The notes: generated from the letters alone by a model not told the origin. A stretch of DNA of 64,000 nucleotides from Neocallimastix sp. 'constans' (GCA_050613775.1 JBODTK010000001.1:1550001-1614000), one strand, 5' to 3'. Shown: positions 49,380-62,639, numbered from the stretch's first letter. A program made the numbers and translations.

Positions 49380-49880
49380 TCATACTAGTCAAAGGGTTCT
49401 AGTATAATTAACTAAAACAATAAAATAAAAAAAATCTATATTCATTCTATGTAGTAGTTAAAGGTCAGACAATGCCTTAACAAACACGAGCAAACGGTCT
49501 TTCAACAGAAGTTGGGATGGTAGAAGTGCCCTTTTGAAATTGGAGAAGGACGATAACATTAGCATTTTAAACAAGATTTAATTAATTTTTTCACATTATT
49601 TTTTTAATCTTGGTCAGTAGTAATATTTTCTTAATCCTTAAAAGAGTTTGAGATATACCTTACCTTCATGGAGGACAAGATGAGCATTAGAAATAATATC
49701 ATTTTTTCAAAGTGTTATCTTCAATAGCCTTAAGAAGATTATTATTATTATTAGAAGAACGATAAAATACATTACTTTCAATAAAAGTAAACTTATTTTG
49801 TACAATGTCAAGAATAGGAGAAGGAACATCATCAGAAAAATGACTTCTTTCGTTTAAAACATATTTGATAGTTTTAATAT
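49380..49880 (-). pseudogene. Ty3/Gypsy-type integrase remnant
   Basis: The minus strand reads NAHLVLHEG, then IPTSVERPFARVC*GIV*PLTTT...IVLVNY, matching the P-F-E-R-V-x-x-D-I-V-G-P-L start of the rve core. Confidence 0.65.
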
Positions 49881-50015
49881 GTATCTATATCAAGCCACAA
49901 TTAAATATAAAAAATTGTAATTTTATCTGTACCTTAAATTTTTGGTAACCCATTTATTTATATTCCATAAGTAATAAATAATAAATTTAATTAATAAACA
50001 ATAATATATATGAAT

Positions 50016-50375
50016 CTAGTGTATTTCCCAATCGTGCATTATTAATGTGGCGTATTTTTGTATGTGGCTGTTTTTTTAATAATTAAATAAATAATCATTA
50101 ATAATAATTAAATAAATAATAAATATTCTTTTTATATATATATAATTTATTAATATTCAATTTTAAAAATAATTTTTTATAATTCTTTTTTAATAGAATA
50201 TATTATTATTTCTTTTGAAATAGTTATTTAATAATATTTAATTGAAAAATATATTTATTTCTTTTGAAATAATAACTATTTATATATTTGTTAATGATTG
50301 TATTAAAAATGCATGGCTTTATATTAAAAATATTATAAGCCACATTATGAAATGCATGATTGAGAAATGCACGAT
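50016..50375. mobile_element. MITE-like element with imperfect ~32-bp inverted repeats
   Basis: tgtatttcccaatcgtgcattattaatgtggc (50020-50051) is an imperfect reverse complement of gccacattatgaaatgcatgattgagaaatgca (50339-50371). The interior is AT-rich and non-coding. Confidence 0.55.
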
Positions 50376-51699
50376 CCCCAATATATATATCATGATAAAT
50401 TAATATATTTAATTAATTTATTCTATTATAATATATTTCAATACATTTGAAGCAAAATTTTCATAAATTTCACATATAATGAATAAGTCACAATATACTA
50501 AAAAAAAAAGAATATATGTATATATATAATTTTGAATAATTAAATGCCTTAACTCTTTATCCTAAATTATGACTCTTAATAAATAAATAAGTATAATGAA
50601 ATCAATAAAATATTTTAATAAAGTAATAAAATAAAAGCTCTCAAGTATCTACTGTTTAACCTAGCCGGTCAATAGATTAAGACAAAATCCTGAGAGAATA
50701 AAATGAAATAATTATTCAAAATGAAAAATTTTTTGAATAATAAAAAATAAATGAAAAATTTTTTTAATAATAATCAAATTTTGATTCAAAAATTCAAAAA
50801 TTCAAAATGATGAAAATTATAATGATTTAAGTTCAAAATGTCAAAATCATAATTATCAAAATAATAATAATTTAAATTCAAATAAAAATCAAAATATTCA
50901 TAATAATAATAATTTAAGTTCAGAAAAATTAAAATTTTATGAATGTAAATTATTATTATTAATTTTATTATTATTTAAAAAATTTAATTTAAAAAATTAA
51001 TAATAATAATTTAGATTCAAAAAATTCTAAACTCTAATAATCTTAATAATCTTAATGACAATATTTGATAACAATTTAGATTTTTAACGAAAATTTTTCT
51101 TCAACTGTTAATATATCAAAAAATAATAAATAAATAAAAAACTTTAATTGATATTGTTTCTTCTAATGAAATTAATAGATATTGACGTTGATTATAATAC
51201 TAATTATAATATTTTTATTCAAATTACAACCAATATATGAGTAATATATCAAACAATATAAATAATAATATATTAAATAAATTAAATTTAAATAAATGAT
51301 TCAAAATTAAATTCAATTGATTCAAATAGTAATATATTTGTTCACCAAAAAGGACGAAGAAGAAAGGAATTTAATAATAAAAAGTGTAAAAAATAACACT
51401 TTAAATTATCCAAAAGGGCACAAAATTTTAATAATAAATAATAAATTTAAAGTTCCACATGAATATTCTATCAGTATTTTTTTTTTTTTATATTCTTTTA
51501 AAGTATTAATAAAAATACTTTTATAAAAAATAAAAAAAGAAGTATTTATAAAAACTCCTTTATAAAATATAAAAATAAATATAAAATATTTTCATTAATA
51601 CCTTATTTTTTTTTTTCTGTTTTATTTAATTATTTGTATTAATATTTTACTTTTATATTTCATTAAAATATTTTTATTAATACTTTGCTTTAATGTTTT

Positions 51700-52906
<1,207 letters not shown>

Positions 52907-52920
52907 GATTAAGAGTCTCA
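52907..52920 (+). promoter_or_regulatory. Primer-binding site complementary to the tRNA-Lys(CUU) anticodon arm
   Basis: GATTAAGAGTCTCA directly follows the LTR. Its reverse complement TGAGACTCTTAATC is an anticodon stem plus the loop CT-CTT-AA. Confidence 0.75.
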
Positions 52921-52981
52921 GTTGACTCATATCATTTATTATTAAAAGTACTTAATTAATTCGCTTCACCGCTCCGAAATC

Positions 52982-54220
52982 ATGCAAGACTTTAACTTAG
53001 CTAAGGACCAACGCCTCCATGGAAAATCCAACTTTAATGAGTGGAAATTCCTTATTGACAATGCCGCTAAACGTCAAGGTATTAAGGAATTCATGGAAGT
53101 CGACGTCGTTGGAAAACTTAATGATGTAGGTTTTGATTACAACCCCAATGTCAACGATGTTATCAACAAGGTAATTACTAAATTAATTACCAAAATGTTA
53201 CCGCAAGCTCCTGCCGAACCTATTCGAAACAATAATGCTGAGGTTAATCGAAACAATAATGTTGATATCAATACTCAGCTAACTAACTTTTTTGGTAATC
53301 CTCTAAATCATATCAGATTAGTTGAGGAAGCAGAAAGGATCGATGCTGACATGATACTCATGATCAGTAAGAATGTCGATGATTCTGTTTTAAGAGAAAT
53401 CAGCAGACTTAATAATGGTTTCCGTATAATGGAAAGACTCAAATCAAAATATGGAAATTCAAATGCTGATATGGAATACTGGCTTAAAAGGTTAAGAAGT
53501 ATTAAAGCCAGAGATAGAAATCAAATCATCGAAAAGCTAGAACTTATGAAAGAAACTTTCGATGATATGGAAGAACAACATGTGGAGATCACTGATAAGG
53601 AAAAATTAAAATATCTCTATAACGTACTACCGGATGATTATAAAAATATCATTCAAATTAATTTGAATAGTGACCCTAATGTATATATTAATAATCTCAA
53701 AAGTTTTATTTATGCAAAATCTTACCTAGAAAATTGGGAAGATAACAAAACCATTGAAAAAGATGATCCAATGGATCTAGATTTTATCAGTAGAGGAAGA
53801 AGAACTAGTAATTCCTCAAAGAAAAGTGAACACAACAACCATAATAACAAAAGCTCTAACTCTAAGAAAAGAGGAAAGCAAAATGGTAACCAATATAACA
53901 ATAATAATAAAGATAATAGTAACAAAGACAATAATAATAAATCATATTGTCACATTTGTGAAGTTAAAGGACACTCTACCAGAAACTGCATATATAATAT
54001 GAAGACGAAGTCAAATCATAATAAAGGGAGGCAAGAAAAGCTTCAAGTAAAGACCACATTAAATGATCATCCAAAGAAGTCTTTACATTTAATAAGTAAA
54101 ATTTTTGATCCAGACAGTGCCAGTAGTTATGACGATAATTTTGATTTTGAAGACGCAAGGGCACTGATAGAAAAACAAAAAGAAATAAACATTAACAATA
54201 AGGTTAAATTTCTGGATTAA
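52982..54220 (+). CDS. gag: Copia Gag
   Basis: N-terminal LHGKSNFNEWK motif and CCHC knuckle CHICEVKGHSTRNC. Confidence 0.9.
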   Translation: MQDFNLAKDQRLHGKSNFNEWKFLIDNAAKRQGIKEFMEVDVVGKLNDVGFDYNPNVNDVINKVITKLITKMLPQAPAEPIRNNNAEVNRNNNVDINTQLTNFFGNPLNHIRLVEEAERIDADMILMISKNVDDSVLREISRLNNGFRIMERLKSKYGNSNADMEYWLKRLRSIKARDRNQIIEKLELMKETFDDMEEQHVEITDKEKLKYLYNVLPDDYKNIIQINLNSDPNVYINNLKSFIYAKSYLENWEDNKTIEKDDPMDLDFISRGRRTSNSSKKSEHNNHNNKSSNSKKRGKQNGNQYNNNNKDNSNKDNNNKSYCHICEVKGHSTRNCIYNMKTKSNHNKGRQEKLQVKTTLNDHPKKSLHLISKIFDPDSASSYDDNFDFEDARALIEKQKEININNKVKFLD

Positions 54221-56829
54221 TTGAATACGTGAATGATAGTTCTATTATTCCAAAGGAGATAACAATTCCTAATAAAAAAGAGGAATTATATGTAAACAAC
54301 ATCAATTATTATGAAGAAAATGATAAGACTAGTGAATGGTTATATGATACTGGTGCTGGAGAACATATAACTAATGATTTTAATTTGCTAAATAATTTTA
54401 TTCACTGCAAAATAAAGTTAAGATGTGCCAATGGGACAATGTGTAGCTTCGAAGGATATGGTACTTACGAATGTTACATTAATGGAATATATGTACGACT
54501 AGACAAGGTATTATATTCAAAATCTGCAACTAAAAATCTTATTAGTGGAATAGAACTGGCCAAAATAGGATATAGAGTCATTATTGACACTGATGATTAT
54601 ACACGTGGTAGATTTAACTTATGGGGTCCAAATAATGTATATATAGGAACTTATTATTCTACAAATGATAATCAATTCTTAGTAAATACTTACAAGATTA
54701 ATAAAAACTTTGAAGAAAAGGATAAAAATATTATGGCTTTAAACGAAGTTGATGAAAAAAGCCTTGAAATTTGGCATAGAAGACTAGGTCATTATTACCT
54801 AGAAAACATAAACAAATATCTAAGTTTACACCAAATAAAAACTTCTAAATGCATAGAATGTAAAGTAGCTAAAATGTCAAGGAAATCACACGGAGGAAAA
54901 ACACCGAAAGCTACGAAAATATTAGAAATAATACATTCAGACATTTCAGGTCCATACAATTCATCTATCAATAATAAAAAATACTTTATTACATTCATGG
55001 ATGAATTCTCAAGAAAAGTATGGATATATACTTTAAAATCTAAAGCCGAAGCCCCCGAATTAATTGTGGAATTCTTCAAGTACTTAAATAACCAATTTGA
55101 AGAATATAATATTAAAATATTTAAATCAGATGGAGGAAAGGAATTTAAAAATAAAACAGTTAATAAATACTGTAAAGAAAATGGAATAGAAAAAACCTAT
55201 TCTCCTCCAGGTTGCCCTGAAGTTAATGGAAAAGCTGAAAGAATAAACAGAACTCTTAGAAATTCAGCTAAAACTCTTCTATATTGGGCAGAATTATCAG
55301 AAAACTTTTGGAATTTCGCCATAAAACAGGCATGCTACATATATAACTTAATTCCCCATTCAGGAAATAAATTTTTAATACCCAATGAAGTATTTTACAA
55401 CAAAAAGGTAGAGTTAAAACATTTAAAAACCTTTGGTTGTGTGTGTTATTACAGGGATGATACACAACACAAATCAAAATTTTTACCAAATGCTAAGAAG
55501 GGCGTATTCTTGGGATTTGATGATAAAAAATATTCATATATTATCATGGATATTGAAAATAATAAAATACATTATACTAACGATGTAGAATTCGTTGAAG
55601 AAGAACCTAGTAAACACAAATACGAAACAAGCAATTATAAAGACTCTTACTTCTCATTTATGAAAGACAACAATAGAAAAGATATGAATCCAGAAGATAA
55701 TATTATAAATGAAGATAATAATATAAATGAAGATAATAATATGAACAATGAAAATAATTTTAATGGAAGAAACATCTTAAATGAAGAAAACAGTTTAAAT
55801 GAAAATATTAATAATGAAAGGACTACTAATACAGAACATAAAAGTAATTACATTAAAAATAAGCATGTCAATAATATATCGTTAAATGAAGAAAATCAAG
55901 AATTTGATAATAAAGATATAAACCAGAAAAATAACCATAATTTAAATAAAGATGTTGAAATTAATTCTAAAATTAATCCTGAAATTAAAAATAAAAATAA
56001 TTGTGAATTTAAATTGAAATTCAATTTCAACAATGTTGACAAAAATAATTCTGAAAATAATTATTTGAATGAGATAAATAGAAATTTAGAAATAATAAAT
56101 AAAAATTATAATAAAAAGTTTAGAAATAATACTAAGAATACCAATTTTAATTCTAACATTATTGAAAAATATAAACCAGAAGATCCTGCTTACGCCGCCT
56201 CAACTTCCAGCAGAAACAAAGGAAAAGAAAAAATAACCGAATTTGAAAATTTTGATAAAAATAAAATATTTTTAAATAATGAAAAATCAAGCCAAAATTT
56301 ACAGAATTTTACAATAAATAATAATAATATGAAAAAAAATTTTAATAATAAAAATTTTTCAAAAAATGATGAAAAAATTCAAGAAAATCTATTGGCTGAA
56401 GCAAAATCACATTCATATCATATCAAAAAATTTTCAAATAATTCAATAATTTCAAATAACACTAATGAATCACATATTACATATGACAACAATAATGATT
56501 CACATAAATCTATTAATAATTCAAATAAATCAATGAATATCAAAAATTTACCAAAAAATGATCAAAATTTTATTAATAAAAATTTTTTATCGAAAAATAA
56601 TAAATTAATTCAACAAAATTCAAAATCCAGCGACTCTATGAAGAAAAACTATAATTTCTCCACTCCTACAATAGATATCAATAATATTCCTTCAGATAAT
56701 AAAAATACGGTAATGGAAAATCTTAAAAATATAACTCTTCCATATAATATTAATCAGAATTTACCTTTAATAACCGATTCTTCAACCAACCAAATTTCTC
56801 AAAAAAACAGACGAAATTTCACTTACTAA
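54208..56829 (+). CDS. pol: Copia Pol, protease plus integrase plus Asn-rich linker (frame opens at 54208)
   Basis: Protease WLYDTGA, HHCC WHRRLGH...CIEC, and DDE core HSDISGP / KSDGGKEF / NGKAER. Confidence 0.9.
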   Translation: MSGLIEYVNDSSIIPKEITIPNKKEELYVNNINYYEENDKTSEWLYDTGAGEHITNDFNLLNNFIHCKIKLRCANGTMCSFEGYGTYECYINGIYVRLDKVLYSKSATKNLISGIELAKIGYRVIIDTDDYTRGRFNLWGPNNVYIGTYYSTNDNQFLVNTYKINKNFEEKDKNIMALNEVDEKSLEIWHRRLGHYYLENINKYLSLHQIKTSKCIECKVAKMSRKSHGGKTPKATKILEIIHSDISGPYNSSINNKKYFITFMDEFSRKVWIYTLKSKAEAPELIVEFFKYLNNQFEEYNIKIFKSDGGKEFKNKTVNKYCKENGIEKTYSPPGCPEVNGKAERINRTLRNSAKTLLYWAELSENFWNFAIKQACYIYNLIPHSGNKFLIPNEVFYNKKVELKHLKTFGCVCYYRDDTQHKSKFLPNAKKGVFLGFDDKKYSYIIMDIENNKIHYTNDVEFVEEEPSKHKYETSNYKDSYFSFMKDNNRKDMNPEDNIINEDNNINEDNNMNNENNFNGRNILNEENSLNENINNERTTNTEHKSNYIKNKHVNNISLNEENQEFDNKDINQKNNHNLNKDVEINSKINPEIKNKNNCEFKLKFNFNNVDKNNSENNYLNEINRNLEIINKNYNKKFRNNTKNTNFNSNIIEKYKPEDPAYAASTSSRNKGKEKITEFENFDKNKIFLNNEKSSQNLQNFTINNNNMKKNFNNKNFSKNDEKIQENLLAEAKSHSYHIKKFSNNSIISNNTNESHITYDNNNDSHKSINNSNKSMNIKNLPKNDQNFINKNFLSKNNKLIQQNSKSSDSMKKNYNFSTPTIDINNIPSDNKNTVMENLKNITLPYNINQNLPLITDSSTNQISQKNRRNFTY

Positions 56830-58606
56830 TAATAACGAAATAAATAATAAATTTAACAACAATAATATAGTAAATAAAGAAAATTATGCCCACAAATCTC
56901 TTATAGATGCATCAAGTGTTATTGATTTTAATAATGATGAAATTATGGATGACATTGTAGCCAATACAGAATATGGCAACATCTATAAAAGACCACTTAG
57001 TCCAAAATATAAAGAGACTGCACCTACTAATATTAGTTCTCGTAGAAAACTAGACCAAATCAACGACATTATTATTGCTTCTATATTTTGTCACATTCCT
57101 AATACGTATGAAGAAGCAATAAACAGTGAAGACAAAAATAACTGGATTGAGGCTATTAATGATGAACTTAATAACCTTTATTCTAATAATATTATGACTT
57201 TTGTTAAAAATGTACCTAAAAACAAAAACATCATTACCACAAAATGGGTTTTCAACACTAAACGTGATTCAAATAATAATATTTATAAATATAAAGCTCG
57301 TTTAGTTGCTCGTGGATTTAAACAAAAATGGGGAATCGATTATGAATTAACTTATTCTCCTACTCTAAACATTGATGGTCTTAAATTAATATTCGCTATT
57401 TCTGCTGCTCTTAAGTGGAATATTTTCCAGCTAGATATAAAGGCCGCTTACCTTAATGCTCCGCTTGATAAAGATATTTATACTACTATTCCTAAAGGCG
57501 ATACGCGCTTTGGGCGGGGATATTGGAAGCTCAACAAAGCTTTGTATGGCCTTAAGCAATCTGGTAGACAATGGTATAATACCATTAGAAAATTTCTAAT
57601 AAAAAATAAGTTCATTCAAATTAAATCCGAACAATGTATTTTCAAATTTACAAAAAATAATATAACAAAATGCATTATCGGCTTATACGTGGACGACATG
57701 GTCATCGCTGGAGAAAACGAATACATTAAACAAATAATAAATAAAATAAAATCAAAATTTAAAATATCTAAATGTGATCCAATTGAATACATATTAGGAA
57801 TTGAAGTAAAGAAAGAAAATAATTCATATATTATTTCACAGAAAAATTTTATAAATAATATGTTATATAAATTTAATATTGATAATACAAAGAAAAGAAA
57901 AACACCATGTACTGGTGATAATAAAATATCAGAAAACAATAAACCTTTCGATAAAACAATCTACAAAAGCGCAATAGGTTCCTTAATATACCTTTCGAAA
58001 TGTACTAGACCTGACATAGCTTTCGCTGTAAATAAAGCTTCAAGAAAATGTGAAAATCCAACTATATCGGATTGGAACAAAATAATAAATATTCTAAAAT
58101 ATATTAATAGTACCAAAGAATTTAAGATAGAATATAATGGAAAGGGGGAGCTTGTTGCATATACCGACTCTGACTTTGCCGGCTGTTTGGAAGATAGAAA
58201 ATCTACCTCAGGAGGAATAATACTTATGGGAACAAGTCCGATATGCTGGTTGTCCAAGAAACAAACAAGTGTTGCTACGTCTACTGCTGAAGCAGAGTAC
58301 ATAAGCACTTCCGAAAATATAAAGAAAATATTATGGATTAGAAATATAATAAAAGAAATTTTAAACAAATGGATAACTGTTAAAATCTATACAGATAATC
58401 AAGCAAGTAAGAAAATAATGGAGAACGGAGAAATAAATACAAAATTAAAGCATATAAGTGTAAGATATCATTTCAACAGGGACAATATTGCAAAGAAGAA
58501 AGTAAAATTAGAATATATTGATACTGAAAACATGCTAGCGGACATATTAACCAAGGACTCAAATGGACCAAAGATACAAAAATTTACAAACAACATTTTT
58601 ATCTAA
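56774..58606 (+). CDS. pol: Copia Pol, reverse transcriptase plus RNase H (frame opens at 56774)
   Basis: KARLVARGF, LDIKAAYL, LYGLKQSG, LYVDD, RNase H YTDSDFAG and MLADILTK. Confidence 0.92.
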   Translation, partial: PILQPTKFLKKTDEISLTNNNEINNKFNNNNIVNKENYAHKSLIDASSVIDFNNDEIMDDIVANTEYGNIYKRPLSPKYKETAPTNISSRRKLDQINDIIIASIFCHIPNTYEEAINSEDKNNWIEAINDELNNLYSNNIMTFVKNVPKNKNIITTKWVFNTKRDSNNNIYKYKARLVARGFKQKWGIDYELTYSPTLNIDGLKLIFAISAALKWNIFQLDIKAAYLNAPLDKDIYTTIPKGDTRFGRGYWKLNKALYGLKQSGRQWYNTIRKFLIKNKFIQIKSEQCIFKFTKNNITKCIIGLYVDDMVIAGENEYIKQIINKIKSKFKISKCDPIEYILGIEVKKENNSYIISQKNFINNMLYKFNIDNTKKRKTPCTGDNKISENNKPFDKTIYKSAIGSLIYLSKCTRPDIAFAVNKASRKCENPTISDWNKIINILKYINSTKEFKIEYNGKGELVAYTDSDFAGCLEDRKSTSGGIILMGTSPICWLSKKQTSVATSTAEAEYISTSENIKKILWIRNIIKEILNKWITVKIYTDNQASKKIMENGEINTKLKHISVRYHFNRDNIAKKKVKLEYIDTENMLADILTKDSNGPKIQKFTNNIFI

Positions 58607-58626
58607 AAATATTATTTGAGGGGGAG

Positions 58627-58946
58627 TGTTGACTGCACTCATAATTTAACTATATATTTAATTTATTTATTTATAGTATTTATTTATATTTATGTGTATT
58701 TATTTATTTATATTTAATGATTACTTAAATGTATTATGATCTATCGTCTTGTATAAATCTATGTTAATTATCTTTTAATATTTATTTAATTAATTTTTAA
58801 TTTATTTTATGTTATGGAAAACGCATGTTGTAACATGTGACTTTATTACTTATTTAAAGCCGAAAGATAGATCATACACTTATTTCCCTTGTATACCATA
58901 TTCCATAAGGAATATTATTATAGATCTAAATTTAATAAAGCTAACA
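58627..58946 (+). repeat. 3' LTR (320 bp)
   Basis: Identical to the 5' LTR and preceded by the PPT. Confidence 0.95.
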
Positions 58947-59555
<609 letters not shown>

Positions 59556-59941
59556 GGGTTTTTCGAAAGGATTTTTATTTGGAACAAAAATTTATTACGT
59601 TATAGTGCATCTCTAATGACAGAGATATAAAATATTAAAATAAAATATTAAAATAAAGTATTCATAAAAATACTTTAAAGAAATATAAAAGCTTGTCATT
59701 AATAAAATACAATAATAAAATATAAAAAAAAAATATAGATAAAGATATAAAAATAATTAAATAAAATATTAGAGCAAAGCATTAAAAAAATACTTTAATG
59801 AAATATAAAAGTAAAATATTAATACAAATAATTAAATAAAGCATTAAAGTAAAGTATTAATAAAAATATTTTAATAAAATATAAAAAAAAAAAAAAAAGT
59901 ATTTATAAAAAATACTTTAATGAAATATTAAGAGTAAAGTA

Positions 59942-60362
59942 AAACATAGACTTGCACTTATGGGTACCCATCTCCCATATGGCCATACAGTTATTAATTA
60001 ACTGTAAGGTGATGAGTTATTGGCATACTGTATCAGCTTCGCCGCTCTCAATCGTCGTTACACACTGCCCGGAGATGCATTCCTAACGTTCCTACATATA
60101 TCTCTAATGACCACGAGCATCAGAACGGAACCATTAACTCCTCCCTAGTGGGTGTAATCATTGGCGATTGGAAATTTTACAATCATCAAGGTCTATGCTT
60201 CAATTCAAAGCGTAGTATCAGGGTTGGGTGAAATAATCATCTGAGGGAAAGCCTTATGGACATCACGTGTGGTCTCATGATATCCCAGGATAGAAACCTC
60301 ATCCGATTATTTGGTGCCATGCCGAGGATTCGAACCCCGCCCTCTACAGTGACCTGTATCGT
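59942..60362 (-). mobile_element. tRNA-derived SINE-like element B (5'-truncated head)
   Basis: The minus strand has the T-arm CGGGG-TTCGAAT-CCTCG, then GCATGGC-A-CCA. The LINE-like tail motif is at 60021-60053. Possible TSD AGTAAAGTA at 59933-59941 and 60366-60374. Confidence 0.65.
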
Positions 60363-60671
60363 AAAAGTAAAGTATTAATAATGATACAAAAATTTTTAAA
60401 TAAAATATTAATATAAAAATTACAATACAATAAAATAAATTTAATGTTATAAATTAATGTAATGTATTAGATATTAATATAAATTGTATGAATTAATTTA
60501 TTAAATAATGTACTCTTAATAAAGAAATATAATACAATAAATAAAAATATTTTATTAAAATAATAAAATAAAAACTCTAAAGTATCTACTGTTTAACCTT
60601 GACTGTCAATAATAATTTTTATTATTATTATTATTATTATTATTTTTTTTGTAATAAAATTTAAATACAAA

Positions 60672-60722
<51 letters not shown>

Positions 60723-60958
60723 TAAATTTTATCACAAAAAAAAATAATTCTCAAATTATATCAATTTTTTTTTTAAATATATTTAATTAAATAGTCCTTT
60801 TCAATATTAAATAAGATACAAAATAAAATAAAATAAAAATTATTATTAGATATATTCTTTTACATCTTTTACATATAATTAATTATAAATATAAGTACTA
60901 AAAAATAAATCTTAAATCATATAAAACTAAAACCTTCTCGACAATTAAAAATTATTTC

Positions 60959-61470
60959 TTTTTTTTTTTTTTTTTAGACTATCCCTTGTAGGTCTTGATC
61001 ATATCATCCCAGCCACAACAGACAACTAATATCAGACAAACTTTATATCGGGTGTATCAGGATACAACAAAGTGCTCCCATGCCATACCATTTCGGCGTC
61101 GACGCTCTCAGTCACGGATTACAGAACCACAAGATTTGAAGATGATGGATACGGCAAGCCACAACTACATACACTATAACATTATTATTTATTTACTACA
61201 TTACCTTTCTCCAAATTAGGAAATCTATCCTAACACGTGATGAACACGCAGATACATTAACTAATGAGGATTTACAATACGCAGGAATCACCTCGCTTCA
61301 GGCAATGTATACGTACAACTGAGAAGCACGATCATAGTGTAGACGATGACTTGTTCGATTTAGGGTTAGGCTGTCAAATGGATTACAATAGGTAGTAAGG
61401 TGGAATCGAACTCCGGACTATTGACCTCAGGGTATACGCGCTAACCATTGACCCGATCTCACGGAGTTCT
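60959..61470 (-). mobile_element. tRNA-derived SINE-like element A (~510 bp)
   Basis: A-box-like GGGTCAATGGTTAG (~61441-61454), B-box GAGTTCGATTCC (61402-61413), LINE-like tail motif at 61081-61113, poly(A) at 60959-60975 and a 10-bp TSD AAATTATTTC at 60949-60958 and 61471-61480. Confidence 0.8.
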
Positions 61471-62602
61471 AAATTATTTCAATATTACAACATTCAAAAA
61501 AAAAAAAAAAGACAGATAGAAAGAAATTCCTTTTCTATCTTTTATAAATACAAAATCAACCATATTTAACAAAAAAAAATTATTTCTATTTAATAGATGA
61601 TTATCATTTCTTATTTTTTAATTTGTTTTTATTTTATATATATATAAATAATTAAATTTTATTTTTATTTAATTTTTAATATATAAATATAATATATTTA
61701 ATATATAATATATAATAGAAATACTTTTTTACGATTATTTAATCTCTTTTTCTTCTTTTTTCTTTTTGACATTTCATTTTTCATTTTATCTCAAAACATT
61801 AATGTAATATGTTTTTTTTGTACATTAGGAACCATCATCCAATACTTTTTTAAAATTTCTTAGATTACTATTTATTATTTGTTATAATTAATCAAATAAA
61901 TTAATGAAAATGTGGAGATTCAAAATATTAAAAATTGAAATATGAATAAATAAATAGAATATAAATAAATAAATTTATATTATATATAAATGAATGAGTA
62001 AATAATTAATTGTAACATCAAAAATTTATTATTGATTAATTTTTAATATAAATATATTAAAAGTTTAATAATTAAAATAAAAAAATAAAAAAAATAAAAA
62101 AAAAAATTAAAAATATAAAAAATATAATTAAATCAAATAATTAAATTATATATATATTTTTTTTAATCAAAAAAGTTTAAATATTAATAAATTGATTTTA
62201 TTTCATTAATCATTATTTATTTATTTTTTTTTTTTAATATTTTACATAGCCCATTGCATAGCCCATTCCTCTGTTCTACATAGCCCAAATTTATTTTTTA
62301 TTTTTTACTTTATATTTAATAAATATATATTTATATTTTCTATATATATTTTATTTCGATATTATATACATACTTTTTTATTTTTTATTTTTTATACAGA
62401 GGAAATAAATATATAATTAAAAGAAAGAGAAATTTTATTAAAAATAAAAATATATAATAGTAAAATACATAACGCATGTATATATATTACATGAAAATCA
62501 TATATTTTATCCATTTATTCATTTCGTTCTTTTATTTTTTTATTTTTCTTTTTTTTTTTTTTTTTTTAATTTTATTTTTAGTATAATTTATTTCATATGA
62601 TC

Positions 62603-62639
<37 letters not shown>

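Noticed and set aside
50690..51475. Asn-rich coding-like stretch ending in KVPHEYS, possibly another Copia linker fossil
   Set aside because: Many stops and no diagnostic motif, so too weak to call.
54200..54220. Canonical -1 slippery heptamer AAATTTC at the gag/pol junction
   Set aside because: It is phased AAA-TTT-C in the gag frame rather than X-XXY-YYZ, and no stimulatory structure is evident.
53722..58368. Antisense ORFs inside the Copia element, and similar ORFs opposite TAF4, the MFS gene and the 44.2-kb gene
   Set aside because: Shadow frames of real coding sequence with no recognisable motifs.
61088..61113. Hammerhead-like CTGAGA-GCGTCGACGC-CGAAA on the minus strand of SINE A
   Set aside because: The core lacks the CUGANGA spacing, no convincing stems I and III were found, and the GAAA is not kept in most homologous copies.
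60312..61460. Functional tRNA genes at the two B-box sites
   Set aside because: One lacks the 5' half and the other lacks a pairing acceptor stem. Both sit in TSD-flanked elements with LINE-like tails.
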